From Rhodospirillales bacterium (GTDB lineage: Bacteria > Pseudomonadota > Alphaproteobacteria > Bin95): 21,886 nucleotides of DNA. Location: assembly GCA_038143065.1 (NCBI GenBank), contig JAYQLI010000006.1:1-21886 (forward strand), written 5' to 3'. This document shows positions 1 to 6,315 of the stretch, one piece after another. Position 1 is the first letter of the stretch; each line of letters starts with the position of its first letter. Position numbers and translations under genes: made by a program. The notes under the pieces are model-generated. The model was not told the origin of the DNA. It saw only the letters and a program-made list of their open reading frames with translations, and did no database searches.

Positions 1-62
1 ATGTGATTGAAACACTTTTCGTCTTCATTATCTCTTCACCATATCTAAAAAGGAGACTTGAT

Positions 63-195
63 ATGGCTGAATGTGGTTGTGGGCGTAGCCCAACAGGTAA
101 ATGCGTCGGGTGGCATGGTTTAACTGAGGAACAGTACCAAGAAAAAGAAAGCGCTCTATGATGCAAAACAAGCTTCTAAATCTGCGGCAGAGTAA
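63..195 (+). CDS. Small Cys/His-rich protein, CDGSH-like metal or Fe-S binding motif (about 43 aa after one indel correction)
   Basis: AGGAG RBS at 51-55 and ATG at 63. Reads MAECGCGRSPTGKCVGWHGLTEEQYQEK and stops at 159-161 as sequenced. Removing one A from the run near 142-146 gives ...KKALYDAKQASKSAAE* ending at TAA 193-195, directly before a hairpin. The C-x-C-x7-C-x3-H spacing resembles CDGSH-type ligands. Not in the ORF track. Confidence 0.65.
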
Positions 196-202
196 ACAAC
201 AG

Positions 203-227
203 TGGGGCTGCTATGAATGTAGCCCCA
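203..227. terminator. Hairpin between convergent small genes, possible terminator
   Basis: TGGGGCTGC (203-211) pairs with GTAGCCCCA (219-227), one G-U pair. It lies between the + gene ending at 195 and the - gene ending at 244. No clear U-tail. Confidence 0.45.
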
Positions 228-243
228 TGCAAATACGAACACA

Positions 244-444
244 TCAACCACATTTCCAATACAGCCTAAACTCTTTGTTACCCTTGCGTCCACATACTGT
301 GCATCGGGCCTTATCGGCGACCTGGTTAACCGTTGTATCGGGCTGTAAACGTTTCAGCAATTCTTGCACACTGAAGGCACTGTCATGACCGCATTGGCAG
401 AACAGAGAGATGTGATGCTTGTTTATGAGGTGAAGCTGGGTCAT
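244..444 (-). CDS. Small zinc-ribbon-like hypothetical protein (66 aa)
   Basis: CQCGH ... RCTVCG pair of Cys knuckles typical of Zn ribbons. No clear RBS. Confidence 0.6.
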   Translation of the reverse strand: MTQLHLINKHHISLFCQCGHDSAFSVQELLKRLQPDTTVNQVADKARCTVCGRKGNKEFRLYWKCG

Positions 445-453
445 GTTTGTTAA

Positions 454-720
454 GTGAAAAGTTATGTCATCATAGGTCTGTGCGTTGCTATCTTGGCAAT
501 AATTCTATCTGCTGTTGTCTATGTACCTCCATACTTGAAAGAGCAGCAGCGGCTACGTGATGGCTCAATGGGGTGTGCCAAGTATCGTCGTATGTATCGA
601 GACGCTCTGACGACGTACCAAGAGAACCCTAATGGCAAAAAGCACATCAGAGAATTTATTGCCGCTGAAAGTCTAATGAACAAGCACCGCTGCACATCTA
701 TTGACGAGACAGACAGCTAA
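454..720 (+). CDS. Hypothetical protein with N-terminal membrane anchor (88 aa)
   Basis: Hydrophobic stretch VIIGLCVAILAIILSAVVYV followed by a helical-looking domain with two Cys. Start uncertain: only 9 bp from the divergent ORF. Confidence 0.5.
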   Translation: MKSYVIIGLCVAILAIILSAVVYVPPYLKEQQRLRDGSMGCAKYRRMYRDALTTYQENPNGKKHIREFIAAESLMNKHRCTSIDETDS

Positions 721-786
721 CTTCCACCCAAACTCTTGGCTTAGACCGTCTGAACAACATAGCTTCTAATGCGCCAGCAGGACCTG

Positions 787-864
787 TTAAGTCGCAATGG
801 CAGCTACTACAATTATTGATAGAAGTGTTCCCCACTTCAGGAGTGGGATTACTCTCTTGATCAT
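787..864 (-). CDS. Hydrophobic micropeptide copy 1, MIKRVIPLLKWGTLLSIIVVAAIAT (25 aa)
   Basis: Translated by hand. ATG at 864-862, AGAGG SD 8 nt upstream, TAA at 789-787. Paralog at 1473-1538 shares IPLLKW with synonymous changes. Confidence 0.55.
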   Translation of the reverse strand: MIKRVIPLLKWGTLLSIIVVAAIAT

Positions 865-920
865 TTGCCGTGCCTCTGTCTTTACCGATCTTTTTGTCGG
901 TTGTTAGTGCACGGTAACAT
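831..920. repeat. 90-bp duplicated module, copy 1 (leader plus start of micropeptide)
   Basis: Ungapped match to 1505-1594, 75/90 identical by hand count, offset 674 bp. Contains the inverted repeat ACCGAT-N6-GTCGGT at 884-901. Confidence 0.95.
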
Positions 921-944
921 GAAACATAGGAACAATAATATCCT

Positions 945-1140
945 AAAAAAACAGGTGTAGCTGGCAGGGAATAGCTACACCTGTAGTCAGAGAATGGGAG
1001 TTACGTACGAACGCAACTGTTGCGTCAGATTTCAGCAAATGAAACTGGTTTACAGGAGTTCTGCTACGGATCGGTATCAAGTGATTCAGATACTGATTTG
1101 CGTAATCTTTTCAGGGTGACGTTAAGGCAACCTCTGAACT
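945..1140 (-). ncRNA. Candidate sRNA ending in CUCCC-N7-GACU, hairpin and U-tail (alpha-r8/suhB-like 3' end)
   Basis: Perfect 12-bp inverted repeat ACAGGTGTAGCT (951-962 / 973-984) followed on the - strand by a T run. It is preceded by CTCCCATTCTCTGACT and further hairpins at about 1011-1025, 1026-1047, 1065-1104 and 1110-1138. No ORF. The 5' end and the strand of the upstream hairpins are uncertain. Confidence 0.45.
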
Positions 1141-1252
1141 AATGTCATCTCGCTTAAATTATGTGCATCCTTTAGCAGCAGATTGCTGAAGTTTTTAATT
1201 TTACTTGGACACATTATTAGTGGTGCCGACAAAGCAAGCAATTGATCAATAT

Positions 1253-1441
1253 CTACATTAAAGATGGTGGTGTCTCTGACATTTTAGCCATGCGCTGCTT
1301 GAGTTCTTTTTCGATTTTGTTTGCTTCGTATGGTTTCATCTTTTTCCATCCGGCACTTTCAGCACGAGTGCGACCACATCCTGTGCACCAGCCACTTGGG
1401 CCAGTAAACGGACATATATCCACGCAAGGACTTTTACGCAT
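1253..1441 (-). CDS. DUF1289 family small Cys-rich (predicted Fe-S) protein
   Basis: SPCxxxC...WCxGCGRTxxE...W signature of DUF1289. Confidence 0.85.
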   Translation of the reverse strand: MRKSPCVDICPFTGPSGWCTGCGRTRAESAGWKKMKPYEANKIEKELKQRMAKMSETPPSLM

Positions 1442-1472
1442 TTTTTCATCGTTTTTTGATCCTTGGATGGCC

Positions 1473-1538
1473 CTACGTCGCTGTCACAATAAATAATACA
1501 GATGCCCACTTCAGTAGCGGGATAAACCTTCTGCTCAT
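1473..1538 (-). CDS. Hydrophobic micropeptide copy 2, MSRRFIPLLKWASVLFIVTAT (21 aa)
   Basis: Translated by hand. ATG at 1538-1536 with the same AGAGG SD spacing as copy 1, TAG at 1475-1473. Confidence 0.55.
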   Translation of the reverse strand: MSRRFIPLLKWASVLFIVTAT

Positions 1539-1594
1539 TTGCCTTGCCTCTGTCTTTACCGATCTTCTTATCGGTTATGAGTGCAGGTTAACAT
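1505..1594. repeat. 90-bp duplicated module, copy 2
   Basis: Matches 831-920. Perfect inverted repeat ACCGAT-N6-ATCGGT at 1558-1575. Confidence 0.95.
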
Positions 1595-1628
1595 AGAAAG
1601 GTGTTTCAAAATTGATTATCTCTGTTTC

Positions 1629-1707
1629 AAGAAGAAAACGGCTCAACGCTAGATTACCTTTGAACCCTGCGGAGCCGTTTCCCGTTCTCCTCCCTGAAGA
1701 ACTTTGT
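1629..1707 (-). ncRNA. Candidate ~80-nt two-hairpin sRNA carrying GGGAGGAG (strand not certain)
   Basis: On the - strand: GUUCUUC-AGGGA-GGAGAAC hairpin (1702-1684), then an AAACGGCUC/GAGCCGUUU stem (1680-1636) with a UUUUCUUCUU tail. A promoter-like site sits directly upstream. Read on +, it is a cuckoo-like hairpin with a CCUCCC loop. Confidence 0.5.
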
Positions 1708-1713
1708 GCAGCG

Positions 1714-1741
1714 AGTTTGATCATTTATTGCAATGAGTCAA
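1714..1741 (-). promoter_or_regulatory. Sigma70-like promoter TTGACT-N16-CAAACT
   Basis: -35 at 1741-1736 and -10 at 1719-1714, placed just before the hairpin RNA at 1707-1629. Confidence 0.4.
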
Positions 1742-1779
1742 GGATTTGATGGCTAAGTCTAATTGTCAGAGCAAACAGC

Positions 1780-1850
1780 AAAAAAAAGACCCCGCAAAAA
1801 GCGGGGCCAGTCCAACAGGGAGTGTGGACAGTAGCCACTGTCGTGAGATA
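1780..1850 (-). ncRNA. alpha-r8/suhB-family-like sRNA (MmgR/GsrN/StsR type)
   Basis: On the - strand: CUCCCUGUUGGACU directly followed by GGCCCCGC-UUUUU-GCGGGGUC and U8, the typical 3' architecture of this family as I recall it. Promoter-like TTGACA (1883-1878)-N15-TAAGCT (1862-1857) upstream. Confidence 0.6.
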
Positions 1851-1881
1851 GAGTCCAGCTTAGTTTTGGCAAGACCGTGTC

Positions 1882-2100
1882 AAAAAAAAGAAAAGGTCGG
1901 CCCAATTGACTACAAGAGGAGTGGCCGACCAGTAGCACTGACTTCGAATATAGGGAGGTGAAGTCAGGCCCCTCACATTTCGCAAGGCAACCAATGGGAA
2001 GAGAACAATGTGCCTTGCTCGTCGAAGAGCAAGCCCCTTGTGTTTATTTGTTTTCAAAGAGGAAAGAGGCTGCTCTTCTAATGACTGTTTCGCCAGTCTA
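1882..2100 (-). ncRNA. Multi-hairpin sRNA with anti-SD loops (cuckoo/alpha-r14-like)
   Basis: Three consecutive perfect 8-bp stems (2018-1982, 1967-1938, 1930-1895) with loops containing UCUCUUCCC, CCUCCC and CUCCUC, then a long U-tail. Extra 5' hairpins at 2098-2083 and 2033-2014. Confidence 0.65.
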
Positions 2101-2107
2101 TACCCAC

Positions 2108-2137
2108 ATCATGTCTCATGTTGCGACAATCTGTCAA
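2108..2137 (-). promoter_or_regulatory. Sigma70-like promoter TTGACA-N18-CATGAT for the 2100-1882 RNA
   Basis: Perfect -35 at 2137-2132 and -10 at 2113-2108. The overlapping TGCGACAATCTGTCA (2122-2136) partly resembles a RegA/PrrA box. Confidence 0.5.
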
Positions 2138-2197
2138 GGCATAACAATATTTTGTTAGTATTCGCAACATATAGCTATGCGATTGTGGTCTTAAACT

Positions 2198-2389
2198 TCA
2201 TTCACACTCAGCAATTGCAGCGGTCATACCCATTCCTGTCGTGGTATTTACAAGCGGGATTGAGGTCGCTGCTGCCACACAATCATCAGTTTTTGTTTGA
2301 GTAGTGTCAGGGCTTACGAAGAAGTAAAGCCCAAAGGAAGCTATCCCAGCAACAAGACATATCATCGTTACAGCTAGTCCGTTGTTCAC
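2198..2389 (-). CDS. Small hypothetical membrane-anchored or exported protein (63 aa)
   Basis: GTG start after GAGGGA, N-terminal hydrophobic helix, two Cys in the soluble part. Confidence 0.5.
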   Translation of the reverse strand: MNNGLAVTMICLVAGIASFGLYFFVSPDTTQTKTDDCVAAATSIPLVNTTTGMGMTAAIAECE

Positions 2390-2489
2390 TGTAGATCCCT
2401 CTCGTAAACTTACGATCCCAAACTGTCACATGAAGTACCATCCGTGAAGAGTATACATACAAGACAAAAAGAACGGCACAGCCAGAGAT

Positions 2490-2676
2490 AGTGAGGCAAT
2501 TGTCGTGCATTCTTTGCGTCATGCGTTTCGGGATAGATTACGTGTAGTCGAGTGCCCGTCAGATCTGGATTGATCATCTTGGTGGATGGTCTCGAAATAG
2601 CATTGGGGACAAGTACGGTCGTAGATACAATCTGGCATCTCTGTTCAAATGGTTGCTTGCGATACGATTGCATTAA
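2490..2676 (+). pseudogene. Tyrosine recombinase/integrase C-terminal remnant
   Basis: Hand translation gives AIVVHSLRHAFRDRLRVVECPSDL, a frameshift near 2568, then IDHLGGWSRNSIGDKYGRRYNLASLFKWLLAIRLH*. It contains the HxxRH, LGGW and catalytic Tyr motifs. No N-terminal part upstream. Confidence 0.85.
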
Positions 2677-2822
2677 CCTATTTGACCATTATCGGAGCGA
2701 GAGTGTCTGATGCAGCAATTGGATGATAATATCCAAACAGCTAGCACACACTATCGGCACATTTTATTGCAAGCCACTTATGCATTTTCCTTGGTCTCCG
2801 ACCCACCATCTTTTGGCTTTGT

Positions 2823-3908
2823 CTATTCCTGCGATTGAACGTAAGCGAGAACTTTAATCAGTCCTAACGGTATTTCGGGGCGTAGACCGCGGGGGTGTGA
2901 GGAGGGAAACTCCCTTTTGGGAGTGTCAATTTCCCTTTTAGGTGCAGGTTTTCGCCAAATAAACTGATAGCTTTCGATTACATTCGATCGGGAAATTGGA
3001 ATTCCCGGCAGGGCGACCCAATCGGGGCAAGGGCGGTTCAAAAAGGACGTTATTGTTGTTCTTGCCGCAACTTCTCCTTGCTGAAAAGGCCGTTGGCCCG
3101 CAATACCTACGACGGAACCACCGCTTGATAGGTCAATTGTTACCTCATTCCCCAGGTCCACAGTCGTGATGGGTAGCTTAAATTCCCGTTGCGAGAATGC
3201 CTTTAGGATTTCCTCGCACGGGGTATCCCACACCGCGAATAATCCCGAAATCTCGGGGTTCTTCTCGACAAGAGCAACAGCTTCGGACCCTGCGGTTTCA
3301 ATGGATGCAAATCGGGCAGTTTTCAGTATGACGTCTGGCCGATTGATCTCGATCCACTGACCAAACGCTATTTCTCGTTCATTGGATGCAAAGAAATCTG
3401 CGTCATACCCGATAACTCCCACAATTGAATTCGGAGGCAGATGTTCCGACAAAAGTTCTGCTGCGATTTTCCCCAACCCGTAATTGTCAGCCGAAACAAG
3501 CGAAATATAGTCCTTACCCGGAAGCATGCCGATCGGGGCATTGTCAATCAACACGAGCTTTATACCCGCTCTTGCAGCAGTAACATAGGCATCGGCGACA
3601 GTCGCGTTATCGACGGGTAACGAAATAATCGCATCTGGGTTTTCAGCGCACATGCGGTTTAAAGCTTCGATTTGCTTTGCTGGGGGAAAAGTCACAATCC
3701 ACAACGTCAATTACAATAGCTCCGCATTCGCCAAGTACACCGACGATCCCTTGGACAAGATGTTGGACCAATCGCTTTCCATCGTATGCATGACGATGGC
3801 AATGCGCAGCTTCTTGACCCGGGCGGACTCTATGTCTTGAGGCAACAAAGTAACCCGCTCTGGTGGTGAGGCGCGTTCGCCATGCGGTCCTAGTCCGACG
3901 ATTGTCAT
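2823..3908 (-). CDS. RbsB/LacI-type sugar-binding domain protein lacking signal peptide and HTH (frameshifted)
   Basis: AAGGAG RBS and ATG at 3908, 11 bp after the ROK stop. ORF pieces 3711-3908, 3643-3912 and 2823-3710 join via frameshifts near 3765 and 3685. Shares IVMH..DWS, VSADNYG, ADFF, AVWDxP, ITTxDLG and QRPFxQG with the binding protein at 6316. The C-terminal end is uncertain. Confidence 0.8.
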
Positions 3909-3919
3909 TCAAGTCTCCT

Positions 3920-5269
3920 TCATATTTCTGGCGGAGGGGGAGGCCCGTCTACAAAGGTTTGCGCCTTGTTGGCTGCATGAGTCAAGCTCTGCACAAATTT
4001 CGGGTGTTTGGTGGGGGCGCCGAGGATAATCCAGTCTTTCAGGAAAACCGGATCGAATAGAGCTTCGATCGCTATGTTGGCGGCCCCCAAAAGAGCGGCG
4101 GAACTGCTCATTTGTGATTTCAGGATGCGCAAATCCCGAGTGACCAGAGGGTGCGATGCGCCATAAACGGCTTCGCGAAAGCTGGCCAACAATATGTCGT
4201 TTGATTGAGAAATTGATCCGGCAAGGACAATGAGTTGCGGATTTAGCATGTTGGCCAAGGTGGCCACGACACCCCCTATCAGGCGTCCGCTTTGTACGAC
4301 AATTTCGGTGCTGGCCGTATCTCCCATTTGGGCGGCCTGACACACATCTATTGCGTTCACGTCGCCAGTGCGGGCCAAAATGTCAGCCAGTTGAGGACAT
4401 GCACCAGATGCGGCGACGGCGGCGCCCTGCGCCTTCATCATGCCGGACCCGGCCATTGCATCCAGTGTGCCTGTCATGTCGTTGTAATGGACCGGAAGTT
4501 GTCCGATCAGGCCGACGGCGCCTGATGAGCCATGATAAAGATGTCCGTCATTGACCAACCCTGCTCCGATGCGTTGCCCGACTTTTACAAATAGCATGGA
4601 CTGCAATCCAACGCCTGCCCCACCGTGGAATTCACCCATTGTCATGGTCTCGACATTCGAACGCATCCAAATCGGAGCTTGAAACCTTTGCGTCAGTGTT
4701 TCGATCAGGCCGGATCTGTCCCAGTTGGGAAGAAAATCAGGTGTCTCTGAAAGAAATGGGGTTTCTGCGTTGGCAAGGACTGGACCCGGGACAGAGATCG
4801 ATATTCCCCATAGATCAACACTACCTGTCTGGCGGGATATCATCCGTTTGATCAAGGCGCTAATTCTGTCGACTGTCATGTTCTGATTAGCGATATCGAT
4901 AAGTTCGTGGTGTTCTGCCAGAATTTTGCCGCTCAGGTCTGCAATCCCTACACCAACGGCCGATTGCTCAAGGTTGACGACCGCCAAGCGCGCTCGGTCT
5001 TTGATAATTTGGACAAGCCTGGGCGCCCTTCCGCCAGTCGCTGCACCTGTGGCGCTTTCGTCGACCAGTCCCAAATCCTTAAGTGTGGCCAGCCTGTCTG
5101 CGACGATGGCACGTCCGTATTCTCCGACGCGTTCCAGTTCCTGACGGGTTGTTGCGCGCCCTAAACGAACAAGGTTCAGGACATCCACAAGGCTTGCGAC
5201 GGCGGACTCGGTATTGCGTGGCCGCCCTTTTCCTTTGGATTGATTCGCGTTTGAAATGCCAGTTTCCAC
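3920..5269 (-). CDS. ROK family transcriptional regulator (NagC/XylR-like)
   Basis: N-terminal HTH with GGRAP, then GISISVPGPV, IGAGLV..G.LYHG..GAVGLIG, LNPQLIVLAG and AALLGAA motifs. Intact 449 aa. Confidence 0.92.
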   Translation of the reverse strand: METGISNANQSKGKGRPRNTESAVASLVDVLNLVRLGRATTRQELERVGEYGRAIVADRLATLKDLGLVDESATGAATGGRAPRLVQIIKDRARLAVVNLEQSAVGVGIADLSGKILAEHHELIDIANQNMTVDRISALIKRMISRQTGSVDLWGISISVPGPVLANAETPFLSETPDFLPNWDRSGLIETLTQRFQAPIWMRSNVETMTMGEFHGGAGVGLQSMLFVKVGQRIGAGLVNDGHLYHGSSGAVGLIGQLPVHYNDMTGTLDAMAGSGMMKAQGAAVAASGACPQLADILARTGDVNAIDVCQAAQMGDTASTEIVVQSGRLIGGVVATLANMLNPQLIVLAGSISQSNDILLASFREAVYGASHPLVTRDLRILKSQMSSSAALLGAANIAIEALFDPVFLKDWIILGAPTKHPKFVQSLTHAANKAQTFVDGPPPPPEI

Positions 5270-5336
5270 GAATTTTCTTCTCTCACAACTCTACTTGCTC
5301 GACAATAGTCGGTCTAATTTTGCATGGCAAGTAACG

Positions 5337-5391
5337 ACTTTTGCATAAAAAAAGCAAAAGATATGATACTTAAGCATAAAAAATGTTGACT
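5337..5391. promoter_or_regulatory. Candidate ROK operator and divergent promoter region
   Basis: Inverted repeat CTTTTGC-N9-GCAAAAG (5338-5360). Direct repeat ACTTnnGCATAAAAAA at 5337 and 5368. TTGACT -35-like hexamer at 5386-5391. Confidence 0.55.
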
Positions 5392-5455
5392 AAGATGTAA
5401 TTATCGACTTATCAACTACCTCGACGGCGCAATCAGCCGACTGGAGGAGAGTGAA

Positions 5456-6268
5456 ATGAGCGAATGGAAGCTGGCTTATCAGGCGAACTGTTGGGGTGAT
5501 CTTGGTGGTAATGCCGAAGGCGTGACATCGATCACACAGCTAAGTTACCGAACCTTTGGCGACATAGATCGTGCCTGCGCCGAAATCGCAGCGGCAGGTT
5601 ACGCTGGCGTTGAATTGTTTGATGGTAACCTGCTGGACTACAGCGCCGCCGACTTTCGCGGCCTGCTGACCAATAACGGTTTGGCGCTTGTGGCTGCCTA
5701 TTCAGGTGCCAACTTCATTTTCGACGATATCCTGCCCGAGGAGTTGGCCCGCATCACCCGTGCCGCTGACCGCGCCGCCGAGTTGGGCGCGCCGCATCTG
5801 GTGGTGGGCGGTGGAGCCAAGCGTTTTGATGGTATCCGCGATACCGACTATGACAAACTGGGCGCTGCATTAGATCGCGTTAAGGCCTTGGCCGAGGAAC
5901 GCAGCCTGACCGCTCATTACCACCCGCATCTTTCAACGATTGTTGAAGGTCCGGCCGATGTGAGCAGAATTTTCGACCTAACAGCGATAGATTTCTGCCC
6001 CGATACCGCACATTTGGCAGCGGCCGGAGGCGACCCGGCGCAACTGATCCGCGATCACGCTGACCGCATATCCTACATTCATCTTAAAGGGCTTCAAAAC
6101 GAACCTTTTGCGTTCACACCGCTGGATCGCGGTGATGTGCCGACCGACCCGATTATCGCCGCCATGCGCGAGACGCAGTTCACCGGATGGGTCTGCACCG
6201 AACTAGATGCCTGGGACGACCCTGCCGAAGGTGCACGTGCCAGCATGGACTACCTAACCCAAGCCTAA
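5456..6268 (+). CDS. Sugar phosphate isomerase/epimerase TIM barrel; candidate 3-keto-levoglucosan beta-eliminase (LgdB-like)
   Basis: GGAGGAG RBS. GYAGVEL, YHPH, PDTAH, YIHLK and ELD metal-ligand motifs of the xylose-isomerase-like barrel. Specific role inferred from the lgdA context. Confidence 0.75.
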   Translation: MSEWKLAYQANCWGDLGGNAEGVTSITQLSYRTFGDIDRACAEIAAAGYAGVELFDGNLLDYSAADFRGLLTNNGLALVAAYSGANFIFDDILPEELARITRAADRAAELGAPHLVVGGGAKRFDGIRDTDYDKLGAALDRVKALAEERSLTAHYHPHLSTIVEGPADVSRIFDLTAIDFCPDTAHLAAAGGDPAQLIRDHADRISYIHLKGLQNEPFAFTPLDRGDVPTDPIIAAMRETQFTGWVCTELDAWDDPAEGARASMDYLTQA

Positions 6269-6315
6269 TCGGTTTATTTTCACGGGGTTCGCCCCATCTT
6301 CTGGGAGGAAGAACA

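Noticed and set aside
885-920. Upstream mini-ORFs in the duplicated leader (MLPCTNNRQKDR and MLTCTHNR) as attenuator peptides
   Set aside because: Lengths differ between the copies and there is no convincing SD. The conservation is explained by the leader itself.
831-2100. CRISPR array or IS/MITE explanation for the repeats and hairpins
   Set aside because: There are only two copies 674 bp apart, with no regular repeat-spacer period, cas genes, terminal inverted repeats or target duplication.
1746-2304. ORFs 1746-1961, 1860-2057, 1958-2158 and 2008-2304
   Set aside because: They run through hairpins, U-tails and promoter-like sites and lack motifs. The region is better explained as non-coding RNA.
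2307-2673. Minus-strand ORFs 2410-2673 and 2307-2522 as genes
   Set aside because: They are shadows of the + strand integrase remnant and have no motifs.
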